From: an uncultured Oscillospiraceae bacterium | GTDB taxonomy: Bacteria > Bacillota > Clostridia > Oscillospirales > Oscillospiraceae | Length of the DNA: 64,000 nt | Direction of reading: 5' to 3' | Assembly (NCBI GenBank): GCA_964630255.1 | Contig: CAZVRP010000002.1 | Coordinates: forward strand, 1,774 to 65,773 | Shown: positions 54,291 to 63,160 of the stretch, one piece after another | Layout of the letters: each line of letters begins with the position of its first letter | Position numbering within the stretch: the stretch's first letter is position 1 | Notes under the pieces: model-generated | Database searches by the model: none | Seen by the model: only the letters and a program-made list of their open reading frames with translations | Told to the model about the DNA's origin: nothing | Position numbers and translations under genes: made by a program

Positions 54291-55205
54291 TCACAGATCC
54301 CCGAACAGATCGTCGGCCCTGTACACCCCCGCCTCGATAAGGCGGCTGAACGCCGCCGCCACAGGTTCCCTGTCCTCGCGGTACGTCATGCCAAACCATT
54401 TGTCGTCCGTGGACAGAACCTTCACCCTGACCTTATGCTCGCGCAAAAGCTGGCCCACGATCTCCGGCAGAAGATATTCGTCCTTCAGCGGGTCGCCCAT
54501 ACTCTCCTTAAACGCCTCGAAACCGGCCTCCAGCCCGTCCATAAAAGCAGACGGCAGCATCCACAGATTCATGGAGACCAGCCCGTCCCCATCCAGGGGC
54601 CGCAGGCCGTCATCCTCCCGCACCGCCGCGCCCTCCGGCGTCTTGACGATATTGTGCGTCTCCCGGATATCCGTCAGATATCGGTTTTCATCGACGGCGC
54701 ATACGCCTCGCGTCACCCCGCCCACCTCGGAAAGGGTATTTTTCAGCACAAAGCCCACCATGCCATAGAGCTCAGACTCCTCCGGCCGGTAAGCGCTCAA
54801 AAAGTCAAATGCCTGGACGTATGCCTGCTTGCCGTAATAGTCATCGGCGTTGATGACCGCGAAAGGACCGTCCAGCAGCTCCTTGCAGCACAGTATCGCC
54901 TGACCCGTGCCCCATGGCTTCGTCCGGCCCTCCGGCATATTCTCCGCCTCTTGGAACGCGTAGGCCCACTTCACACCAAGCTCCCGGAACCGGACCTCCA
55001 TCCGATCGCCGATGACCTCCATAAAATCATCGTAAATATCCTTGCGGATGATGAACACGACCCGGTCGAATCCCGCCTCTATGGCGTCGTGGATGGAATA
55101 ATCAATGATGAGCTCACCATTGGGTCCCACGGACTCCAGCTGCTTTATCCCCGCGCCGTACCGCGAGCCGATGCCCGCCGCCAGAACCACAAGCGTTATA
55201 TCCAT
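54291..55205 (-). CDS. Sugar-phosphate nucleotidyltransferase family protein
   Basis: The G-loop is VVLAAGIGSRYGAGIKQL. Also KPWGTGQA and NADDYYG. Confidence 0.7.
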   Translation of the reverse strand: MDITLVVLAAGIGSRYGAGIKQLESVGPNGELIIDYSIHDAIEAGFDRVVFIIRKDIYDDFMEVIGDRMEVRFRELGVKWAYAFQEAENMPEGRTKPWGTGQAILCCKELLDGPFAVINADDYYGKQAYVQAFDFLSAYRPEESELYGMVGFVLKNTLSEVGGVTRGVCAVDENRYLTDIRETHNIVKTPEGAAVREDDGLRPLDGDGLVSMNLWMLPSAFMDGLEAGFEAFKESMGDPLKDEYLLPEIVGQLLREHKVRVKVLSTDDKWFGMTYREDREPVAAAFSRLIEAGVYRADDLFGDL

Positions 55206-55382
55206 GTCGCACGCCCTCCCTGCTGTCTGATCATTTTGAAGCGTTAAGCATTAGCATTATAGTATATTTCTCCCATATTGACAAGACAATTGTTCCTTAA
55301 TTTATAGAAGCGTCCCGTAAAACTGCACAAACAACGCTCCTCCTATCTGTAAAAATTTGGCCGGCGCCGGCTTGACCGCCCA

Positions 55383-55411
55383 TTGACTTCACCTCTTTAG
55401 CGTGGTAACAT
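55383..55411 (+). promoter_or_regulatory. Sigma-A promoter for the yerC-his operon (TTGACT-17-TAACAT)
   Basis: TTGACTtcacctctttagcgtggTAACAT. A second TTGAC copy lies 11 bp upstream. Confidence 0.5.
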
Positions 55412-55448
55412 GATCAAGTGATTATTTTTTCCCCAGGAGGTCGTTCCC

Positions 55449-55748
55449 ATGTCCCTGCCCCGAAGCGCTGAAACAGACGTTCTGTTCCGCTCCATCCTCG
55501 CGTTGGAAAACGTGGAGGAGTGCTATCGATATTTTGAGGATCTGTGCACCGTCCGGGAGGTTCAGTCCATCGGACAGCGGCTGGCCGTAGCCCGGATGCT
55601 GGCCAACGGCCAGTCCTATCAGCAGACCATCGCCGAGACCGGCGCCAGCTCCGCCACCATCAGCCGGGTAAAGCGGTGCCTGGATTATGGCGCGGGCGGC
55701 TATCAGATCGTGCTGGATCGTCTGACCGGGCGGGAGGATACCCCGTGA
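55449..55748 (+). CDS. YerC/YecD TrpR-like DNA-binding protein (HisR-type candidate regulator of his genes)
   Basis: 99 aa: LFRSILALENVEECYRYFEDLCTVREVQSIGQRLAVARML...SYQQTIAETGASSATISRVKRCL. The stop overlaps the hisZ GTG start. Confidence 0.75.
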   Translation: MSLPRSAETDVLFRSILALENVEECYRYFEDLCTVREVQSIGQRLAVARMLANGQSYQQTIAETGASSATISRVKRCLDYGAGGYQIVLDRLTGREDTP

Positions 55749-56836
55749 ACGCCATCATCCCCCCGGCGGAACAGGTTTCCCTCACCCTGCGCGGACTGTA
55801 TCAGACCTACGGCTACCAGCAGTACAAAATGAGCAAATTTGAGGAATATGACCTGTATGCCCAGAACAAAAACTTCCTCGCCAGCCCCCAGATCCTCACC
55901 TTCAGCGACCAGAACGGCCGCCTCATGGCTCTAAAGCCGGACATCACCCTGTCCATTATCAAAAACACCCGGGACGACAAGCAGACCAGAAAGGTGTGGT
56001 ACACCGAGAATGTGTATCGCGTTCCCCGGAACGCCTGCGGCTTTCGGGAGATCATGCAGACCGGACTGGAGTACATCGGCGCTATCGACCTGTACGCCAT
56101 GTGCGAGGTGATGATGCTGGCGGCCCGCAGTCTGGAGACCATCAGCCCCCGCTATGTGCTGGAGCTGTCTCATATGGGTATTTTGACGGGCGTCCTCGCG
56201 GACATGAATGTGTCCGCCGCCACGGCGAGTGCGCTCATGACCGCCTTCGGCGAAAAGAACATCCACTCGTTGACCGCCGCCTGCGCACAGGGCGGGCTGA
56301 GCGAAGACGCAGCCGCCTTCCTCACCGAGCTGTGCCGTCTGTCCGGCCCGGCCGAGGAGACCATCGGACGCCTGCTGGCGCTGCCCCTGCCCCCCGCCGC
56401 CATGGAGGCCGCCCGGGAGCTGGAAGCCCTGTGCCGCCTGCTGACTGGCTTTGGGCGGTATAACGTGAGCTTCGACATGTCCGTCATCAATGACACAGAC
56501 TACTACAACGGCCTGCTCTTTCGCGGCTTTGTGGACGGCATCCACACCGGCATCCTGTCCGGCGGCCGGTATGACAGTCTTCTCAACCGCATGGGACGCC
56601 GCGGGGGCGCCATCGGCTTTGCGGTGTATCTTGACGAGCTGGAGCGCTTTTTGACCCGCCGGCCGGAAAAGGACGTGGACACTCTTCTGGTATACGGCCC
56701 TTCGGATGACCCCGCCCAGATCATCGCCGCCGCCCAGGCAGAGGTGGCCAGAGGCCGCACTGTGCGCGTTCAGCCCGCCGGCGGCTCATCCGTCACCTAC
56801 GACCGGCGCATCGGCCCGGATGGCGGGGAGGCATGA
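55745..56836 (+). CDS. hisZ: ATP phosphoribosyltransferase regulatory subunit
   Basis: The GTG at 55745 gives VNAIIPPAEQVSLTLRGLYQTYGYQQYKMSKFEEYDLY. It is a HisRS-like catalytic core without an anticodon domain and directly precedes short-form hisG. Confidence 0.85.
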   Translation: MNAIIPPAEQVSLTLRGLYQTYGYQQYKMSKFEEYDLYAQNKNFLASPQILTFSDQNGRLMALKPDITLSIIKNTRDDKQTRKVWYTENVYRVPRNACGFREIMQTGLEYIGAIDLYAMCEVMMLAARSLETISPRYVLELSHMGILTGVLADMNVSAATASALMTAFGEKNIHSLTAACAQGGLSEDAAAFLTELCRLSGPAEETIGRLLALPLPPAAMEAARELEALCRLLTGFGRYNVSFDMSVINDTDYYNGLLFRGFVDGIHTGILSGGRYDSLLNRMGRRGGAIGFAVYLDELERFLTRRPEKDVDTLLVYGPSDDPAQIIAAAQAEVARGRTVRVQPAGGSSVTYDRRIGPDGGEA

Positions 56837-56839
56837 GAT

Positions 56840-57487
56840 ATGGAACAGTTTTTGAATATAGCCCTGCCCAAGGGGCGTCTGGGGGAAAAGGTGTACGGTC
56901 TTTTCCAGGCGGCGGGCTACGACTGCCCCGCCCTGCTGGAACCGAATCGGAAGCTGATTTTTGAAAACGAGGCTGCGGGCGTCCGGTATTTTTGGGCCAA
57001 GCCCTCGGATGTGGCCATCTATGTGGAGCGGGGGGCAGCGGACATCGGCGTGGCCGGAAAGGATATCCTGATGGAGTACACGCCGGACGTGTATGAGCTT
57101 CTGGACCTAAACATGGGAAAATGCCGTATGTGCGTGGCCGGCTTTAAGGATTTTCGGGACGACATGGCCCACACCCTGCGGGTGGCCACTAAGTTTCCCA
57201 ACATCACCCGGGACTATTACGCCTCCCAGAGCCGGGAGATCGATATCATCAAAATGAACGGCTCCATCGAACTGGCTCCCATCGTGGGGCTGTCGGATGT
57301 GATCGTGGACATCGTGGAGACGGGCAAGACCCTGATGGAAAACGGCCTGGCGCCGCTGGAGACCATCGCCCCCATCAGCGCCCGGCTCATCGCCAACAAG
57401 GCCCGGTTCAAGTTTGCCGGCGGCCGCGTCGAGACCCTGTGTGACCGCATCGCCCCGCTTTTGGAGCAAAAGGAGACCAGTATATGA
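56840..57487 (+). CDS. hisG: ATP phosphoribosyltransferase (short form)
   Basis: 215 aa: LNIALPKGRLGE...DVAIYVERGAADIGVAGKDIL...DIVETGKTL. Confidence 0.9.
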   Translation: MEQFLNIALPKGRLGEKVYGLFQAAGYDCPALLEPNRKLIFENEAAGVRYFWAKPSDVAIYVERGAADIGVAGKDILMEYTPDVYELLDLNMGKCRMCVAGFKDFRDDMAHTLRVATKFPNITRDYYASQSREIDIIKMNGSIELAPIVGLSDVIVDIVETGKTLMENGLAPLETIAPISARLIANKARFKFAGGRVETLCDRIAPLLEQKETSI

Positions 57488-58764
57488 GGATATACCGTTT
57501 TGGAGAGGTTCCCCTGGAGGACCTTTTGATACGGACAGTGGAGACCTCCGGGGTATCGGACGCGGTGCGGGATATCATCGCAGACGTGGCCCGCCGCGGG
57601 GACGAGGCCCTCATGGACTACGCCCGCCGGTTCGACAGCTCCGCCCCAATAGCTCTGGAGGTCACCGGTGAGGAGGTAGACCGGGCCTGGGAGAGCACCG
57701 ACCCGGCCCTGCGCCAGGTGATGGAGACGGCCGCCGCCAACATCCGCGCCTTTCACGAAAGGCAGATACCCCAGGGCTACCGGCTGGAACGGCCGGACGG
57801 TTCCTTTCTGGGGGTGAAGGTCACGCCCATCGAGAAAGTGGGGCTGTGCGTGCCCGGGCACACCGCCGCCTATCCCTCCACGGTGCTGATGACAGCCATC
57901 CCGGCCAAACTGGCCGGATGCCGGGAGCTGATAATGATCTCACCTCCCGGCCCGAACGGAAAGCAGCCGGACGCCATCCTGGCCGCCGCCCGCATCGCCG
58001 GGGTGGACCGGATCTTTCGGGTGGGCGGAGCCCAGGGTGTGGCGGCTCTGGCATACGGGACGGAGACGGTCCCCCGAGTGGACAAGATCGTGGGTCCCGG
58101 CGGCGCCTATGTGGCGGAGGCCAAGCGTCAGGTTTTCGGCCGGGTGGACATCGACATGATCGCTGGCCCCAGCGAGATATTGGTGATAGCGGACGACAGC
58201 TGCGATCCCGCCCATGTGGCTGCGGACTTGTTAAGTCAGGCGGAGCACGACCGGCTCTCCGCCGCCGTGCTCATCACGGACAGCATGGCCCTGGCCCAAG
58301 CCGTGAGCGCCGAGCTTGAGCGGCAGCTCGCCCTTCTGCCCCGGGAAGATATCGCCCGGGCATCTATGGAGAGCAACGGCAAGATCATCGTGACGGAGGA
58401 CCTGCCCGCCGCTGTGGAGGCCGCGAACCTTCTGGCCCCGGAGCATCTGGAGCTGTGCGTGGACGACCCCATGCCTTATCTTGATCTGGTGCGAAACGCG
58501 GGCTCCGTGTTTTTGGGTAAGTATACCCCGGAGGCTCTGGGCGACTACCTTGCCGGACCCAACCACACCTTGCCCACCTGCGGCGCGGCCCGGTTTTCCA
58601 GCCCTCTGGGTGTGGAGGATTTCGTCAAGCGGACCCAGTATTCCTGCTACAGCGCCAAGGCTCTGGAGAGAGTCAGCGGCGACGTCGCCCTGTTCGCCCG
58701 GGCGGAGGGTCTGGAGGGCCATGCCCGCTCCGCCCTCATCCGATTTGAGGAGGCGGGACGATGA
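57484..58764 (+). CDS. hisD: Histidinol dehydrogenase
   Basis: 426 aa: GGAQGVAALAYGTE...VDKIVGPGGAYV...SQAEHD...APEHLEL. Confidence 0.95.
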   Translation: MRIYRFGEVPLEDLLIRTVETSGVSDAVRDIIADVARRGDEALMDYARRFDSSAPIALEVTGEEVDRAWESTDPALRQVMETAAANIRAFHERQIPQGYRLERPDGSFLGVKVTPIEKVGLCVPGHTAAYPSTVLMTAIPAKLAGCRELIMISPPGPNGKQPDAILAAARIAGVDRIFRVGGAQGVAALAYGTETVPRVDKIVGPGGAYVAEAKRQVFGRVDIDMIAGPSEILVIADDSCDPAHVAADLLSQAEHDRLSAAVLITDSMALAQAVSAELERQLALLPREDIARASMESNGKIIVTEDLPAAVEAANLLAPEHLELCVDDPMPYLDLVRNAGSVFLGKYTPEALGDYLAGPNHTLPTCGAARFSSPLGVEDFVKRTQYSCYSAKALERVSGDVALFARAEGLEGHARSALIRFEEAGR

Positions 58765-59831
58765 GCCGTTTTTTTAGCCGCGGATTTGCCGATCTGAAGG
58801 CCTATACCCCCGGCGAGCAGCCCCGGAGCGGGCAGTATGTGAAGCTCAACACCAACGAGTCCCCCTTCCCCCCCTCTCCTCAGGTTCTGGAGGCTGCGGC
58901 GCGGGAGGCCCGGCGGCTGAATCTCTACTGTGACCCGGCCTGCACGGAGCTGCGGCAGGCAGCCGCGGAGCTCCACGGCCTTGATCCGGAGAATATTCTG
59001 CCTGTCAACGGCTCGGACGAGGCTCTGTATTTCGCTTTCATGGCCTTTTGCGACGAAACCCGGCCCATGGCCTTCTCCGACATCACCTATGGTTTTTACC
59101 CGGTATACGCCGCCGTGAACCGTATCCCAGCCCACGTGATACCTTTGAAAGAGGACTTTTCCCTGGACCCGGCGGACTATATGGGTCTTGGCGAAAACAT
59201 GGTCATCGCCAACCCAAACGCCCCCACAGGCATGGCCCTGCCCCGGGACCGGATTGAGGATATCATCCGCTCCAATCCGGACAATGTGGTCGTCATTGAC
59301 GAGGCGTATGTGGATTTCGGCGGAGAGAGCTGCGTCCCTCTCATACACAGGTATGACAACCTTCTGGTGATACAGACCTTCTCCAAATCCCGCTCCCTGG
59401 CGGGGGCCCGGCTGGGCTTTGCCCTGGGCAGCCGGGAACTCATCGCCGACCTGAACACCCTCAAATTCTCCACGAATCCCTATAACGTCAACCGCATGAC
59501 CCAGGCCGCCGGCGCGGCGGCCATCGCCTCCAACGACTACTACATGGCAAACTGCCGCGCGATCATGCAGATCCGGTCCTATACCGCCAGGGCCCTGGAG
59601 GACATGGGCTTTGAGGTGCTCCCCTCCGCCGCGAACTTCCTCTTCGCCCGGCGCCCTGACACGGACGGGGCCGAACTGCATGCCGCCCTTCGGGCCCGGC
59701 GTGTGCTGGTGCGCCGTTTTGACGCGCCCCGCATCCGGGACTGGCTTCGCATCACCGTGGGCTCGCGGGAGCAGATGGACGCCCTGCTGGCCGCCGTCAG
59801 GGCTATTTTGACTGAAAGAGAGGTCATCTGA
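58761..59831 (+). CDS. hisC: Histidinol-phosphate aminotransferase
   Basis: 356 aa. Motifs: NPNAPTG, and QTFSKSRSLAGARLGF containing the PLP lysine. Confidence 0.9.
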   Translation: MSRFFSRGFADLKAYTPGEQPRSGQYVKLNTNESPFPPSPQVLEAAAREARRLNLYCDPACTELRQAAAELHGLDPENILPVNGSDEALYFAFMAFCDETRPMAFSDITYGFYPVYAAVNRIPAHVIPLKEDFSLDPADYMGLGENMVIANPNAPTGMALPRDRIEDIIRSNPDNVVVIDEAYVDFGGESCVPLIHRYDNLLVIQTFSKSRSLAGARLGFALGSRELIADLNTLKFSTNPYNVNRMTQAAGAAAIASNDYYMANCRAIMQIRSYTARALEDMGFEVLPSAANFLFARRPDTDGAELHAALRARRVLVRRFDAPRIRDWLRITVGSREQMDALLAAVRAILTEREVI

Positions 59832-59834
59832 AAC

Positions 59835-60422
59835 ATGCGCAACGCCGTCATAGAACGCAAGACCGCCGAGACCGACATAAAGCTGCGCCTGTGCCTGGAC
59901 GGCTCAGGTAAGACCAGTATCCACACAGGCATCGGCTTTCTGGACCACATGATGACCCTGTTCGCCGCCCATGGACACTTCGACCTGGCCGTATCCTGTC
60001 AGGGCGACCTGCATGTGGACGGACACCACACCACGGAGGATATCGCCATCGCCCTGGGCGCGGCATTTGCCCAGGCGCTGGGGGACAAGCGGGGCATCCG
60101 CCGGTACGGGGACGTCCTGCTGCCCATGGACGAGGCTCTGGTACTCTGCGCCGTGGATATCTCCGGCCGGAGCTGTTTGCGGTACAGCCTGCGGCTCCCC
60201 AGTCAGCGGACGGGAGATTTTGACACGGAGCTGGCGGAGGAATTTTTCACCGCCTTCACCCGCGCCGCCGGCGTCACGCTGCATCTGCGGCAGCTGGACG
60301 GGGTGAACACCCACCATATTCTGGAGGCCGCCTTCAAGGGCTTCGGCCGGGCCATGGCCCAGGCCGTCAGCGTGGACGCGTCCCGGCCGGACGCCATCCC
60401 CTCCACCAAAGGGGTGCTGTGA
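59835..60422 (+). CDS. hisB: Imidazoleglycerol-phosphate dehydratase
   Basis: 195 aa: RKTAETDI...GIGFLDHMM...DGHHTTEDIAIALG...NTHHILEAAFKGFGRA. Confidence 0.95.
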   Translation: MRNAVIERKTAETDIKLRLCLDGSGKTSIHTGIGFLDHMMTLFAAHGHFDLAVSCQGDLHVDGHHTTEDIAIALGAAFAQALGDKRGIRRYGDVLLPMDEALVLCAVDISGRSCLRYSLRLPSQRTGDFDTELAEEFFTAFTRAAGVTLHLRQLDGVNTHHILEAAFKGFGRAMAQAVSVDASRPDAIPSTKGVL

Positions 60423-61030
60423 TGATCGCCATCGTGGATTACGGCGTGGGGAACCTGTTCTCATTGCGGCACTCCCTGGCCAATGTGGGAGCGGATGCCG
60501 CCGTCACCTCGGATAAAACAGTCATCGCCGGCGCGGACAAGATCATCCTTCCCGGCGTGGGAGCCTTTGGTGACGCGGCGAAAAAGCTGCGGGACGCCGG
60601 CCTGGATCAGGTGCTCTGCGACCAGGCGCGGACAGGCAAATATATCATGGGCATCTGCCTGGGGATGCAGCTTTTGTTCGACCGGAGCTTTGAGTTTGGC
60701 AAACACCCCGGTCTGGGGCTTATCCCGGGGGATGTCATCGACATGACGCCAGATCTTCCGGCGGGCTATAAGGTCCCCCATATCGGATGGAACGCCCTGC
60801 ATTTCCGCCGGAGCCACCCCCTGTTCCGGTACACCCGGGAGGGGGAGTGTGTGTACTTTGTCCACAGCTACTACGCCAGCCGGTGCGGCGACGCGATAAT
60901 CGCCACTGCTGAATATGGGCCGGAGCTGACCGCCGCCGTGGCCAGGGACAATGTGCTGGGCTGCCAGTTCCATCCGGAAAAGAGCGGTCCCGTGGGGCTT
61001 GCCATTCTCAAAGCATTCTGCGAACTATAG
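60419..61030 (+). CDS. hisH: Imidazole glycerol phosphate synthase, glutaminase subunit
   Basis: 203 aa: IAIVDYGVGNLFS...LPGVGAFG...GICLGMQLL...PHIGWN...FHPEKS. Confidence 0.95.
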   Translation: MMIAIVDYGVGNLFSLRHSLANVGADAAVTSDKTVIAGADKIILPGVGAFGDAAKKLRDAGLDQVLCDQARTGKYIMGICLGMQLLFDRSFEFGKHPGLGLIPGDVIDMTPDLPAGYKVPHIGWNALHFRRSHPLFRYTREGECVYFVHSYYASRCGDAIIATAEYGPELTAAVARDNVLGCQFHPEKSGPVGLAILKAFCEL

Positions 61031-61038
61031 GAGCGTAT

Positions 61039-61752
61039 ATGAACATCTTACCCGCTATTGATCTGTATGAGGGCAAGGCCGTGCGTCTTTTCCGCGGCGA
61101 CTATGACCAGATGACCGTCTACAGCCACGACCCCCTTTCCGTGGCCCGGGATTTTGAGGCCGCCGGGGCGGAATACATCCACATGGTGGACCTGGCGGGG
61201 GCCAGGGACGGGACCACGCCAAACTTCGATGTCGTGGCCGCCGTGGCCGCGAACACCGGTCTTAAGGTGGAGATAGGCGGCGGCGTCCGCAGTGAGGGCG
61301 TTATCCGCCGGTATCTGGACGCGGGCGTCAGCCGGGTGATTCTGGGCACCGCCGCCGTCACGGACTGGGACTTTTTTGCCGCCATGGCCGCCAAATACGG
61401 CCCCCGTCTGGCCGCCGGGGCTGACTGCCGGGACGGCCTGGTGGCCATCAAGGGCTGGAAGGAGACATCCGCCCTCACCTGCTATGACTTCTGCAGAAAG
61501 CTACAGGACGCCGGGGTGGGGACCGTTATATGCACAGACATCTCCAAGGATGGCGCCTTGGGCGGGACGAACCGGGCGCTGTACCGGGCCCTAACGGGAG
61601 CGCTGGATATTCAGATCATCGCCTCCGGCGGCGTATCCAGCCTGGAGGATATCGCCGCCCTGCGGGATATGGGCCTGCACGGGGCCATACTGGGCAGGGC
61701 GTACTACACCGGGGCGGTGAATCTGATAGAAGCGATCGAGGTGGCCAAATGA
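61039..61752 (+). CDS. hisA: ProFAR isomerase
   Basis: 237 aa: ILPAIDLYEGKAVRL..GDY...HMVDLAGA...GGGVRS...SGGVSSLEDI. Confidence 0.95.
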   Translation: MNILPAIDLYEGKAVRLFRGDYDQMTVYSHDPLSVARDFEAAGAEYIHMVDLAGARDGTTPNFDVVAAVAANTGLKVEIGGGVRSEGVIRRYLDAGVSRVILGTAAVTDWDFFAAMAAKYGPRLAAGADCRDGLVAIKGWKETSALTCYDFCRKLQDAGVGTVICTDISKDGALGGTNRALYRALTGALDIQIIASGGVSSLEDIAALRDMGLHGAILGRAYYTGAVNLIEAIEVAK

Positions 61753-62507
61753 TCACAAAGCGCATCATACCCTGCCTGGATGTAAAGGACGGCCGGGTAG
61801 TCAAGGGCGTCAATTTCATGGGGCTGGCGGACGTGTCCCATCCGGTGAAGCTGGCGGAATACTACTCCCAGTGCGGCGCGGACGAGCTGGTGTTTTATGA
61901 CATCACCGCCTCTGCCGAGGGCCGCGCCATCTTCACAGATATCCTGCGCCAGGCGGCCTCCACCGTGTTCATCCCCCTCACCGTTGGCGGCGGCATCCGA
62001 ACCCTGGCGGACTTTGACCGGGTTTTAAAGTGCGGCGCGGACAAGGTGAGCGTGAATTCCGGCGCCCTGGCGGACCCGCAGCTCATCTATACCGCCGCCA
62101 AGCGATACGGAAGTCAGTGCGTGGTGCTGTCCGTGGACGCCAAGCGGATGGACGGCGGCTTTCGGGTATTCGCCAAGGGCGGCCGGGAGGACACCGGGCT
62201 GGACGCCATCGAGTGGATACGCCGGGGCGTGGAGCTGGGCGCAGGCGAGATCGTGCTCAACTCCATCGACACCGACGGTGTGCACGGGGGGTTCGATCTG
62301 GAGATGCTGGATGCGGTTTGCCAGGTGGTGAACGTGCCTGTGATCGCCTCCGGCGGCGCGGGGTGCATCCAGGATTTCATCACGCTGTTCAAGACACTGC
62401 CCAAGGTGGACGCGGGCCTGGCCGCCGGCATCTTCCACTTCGGGGAGGTATCCATCGCGGAGCTTAAGGACGCCCTGGCGGCAAATCATATCCTTGTGAG
62501 GAGATAA
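61749..62507 (+). CDS. hisF: Imidazole glycerol phosphate synthase, cyclase subunit
   Basis: The ATG at 61749 overlaps the hisA stop. Sequence: MITKRIIPCLDVKDGRVVKGVNF...TVGGGIRT...DKVSVNS...DTDGV..GFD...ASGGAG. Confidence 0.95.
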   Translation: MITKRIIPCLDVKDGRVVKGVNFMGLADVSHPVKLAEYYSQCGADELVFYDITASAEGRAIFTDILRQAASTVFIPLTVGGGIRTLADFDRVLKCGADKVSVNSGALADPQLIYTAAKRYGSQCVVLSVDAKRMDGGFRVFAKGGREDTGLDAIEWIRRGVELGAGEIVLNSIDTDGVHGGFDLEMLDAVCQVVNVPVIASGGAGCIQDFITLFKTLPKVDAGLAAGIFHFGEVSIAELKDALAANHILVRR

Positions 62508-62512
62508 TCTTT

Positions 62513-63160
62513 ATGCTTGACATCGACAGCCTGAAATTCGACGACCGGGGCCTCATCCCCGCCATCGTGGTGGATTCCGCCAGCAAGAAGGTGCTGACGC
62601 TGGCCTATATGAACCGGGAGAGCCTGTCTATATCCATGGAAAAGGGCCTCACCTGCTTTTTCAGCCGCAGCCGTCAGCGGCTCTGGCTCAAGGGAGAGAC
62701 CAGCGGCAACTATCAGCACATCGTATCCATCACCGCCGACTGCGACCGGGACGCCCTGGTGGTGGAGGTCCGGAAGGACGGCCCCGCCTGCCATCTGGGC
62801 ACAGACAGCTGCTTCAACGACACGCTGTACCTGGGCGAGACAGTCCCGGCCTTCCAGTATGAGGGGCTCATGGACCTGCTCCGTGGACGGAAGGAACACC
62901 CGCGGGAGGGGTCCTATACCTCCTACCTCTTTGAAAAAGGGACGGACAAAATACTGAAAAAGATCGGCGAGGAGGCCACGGAGGTAGTTATTGCCGCCAA
63001 GGACGACGACCGGGCCAACACTGTCTATGAACTGGCGGACCTGGCCTATCATGCCATGGTGCTCATGGTGCAGATGGGCATCGGCCTGGAGGATGTGAAG
63101 GCCGAGCTGGCCTCCCGCCACGTTATCGACCGCAAGGTCAAGCAAGAGAAAATGGTATGA
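62513..63160 (+). CDS. hisIE: Bifunctional phosphoribosyl-AMP cyclohydrolase / phosphoribosyl-ATP pyrophosphatase
   Basis: 215 aa. HisI part: LIPAIVVD...LAYMNRESL...SRSRQRLWLKGETSGN...DCDRDAL. HisE part: SYTSYLFEKGTDKILKKIGEEATE. Confidence 0.9.
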   Translation: MLDIDSLKFDDRGLIPAIVVDSASKKVLTLAYMNRESLSISMEKGLTCFFSRSRQRLWLKGETSGNYQHIVSITADCDRDALVVEVRKDGPACHLGTDSCFNDTLYLGETVPAFQYEGLMDLLRGRKEHPREGSYTSYLFEKGTDKILKKIGEEATEVVIAAKDDDRANTVYELADLAYHAMVLMVQMGIGLEDVKAELASRHVIDRKVKQEKMV

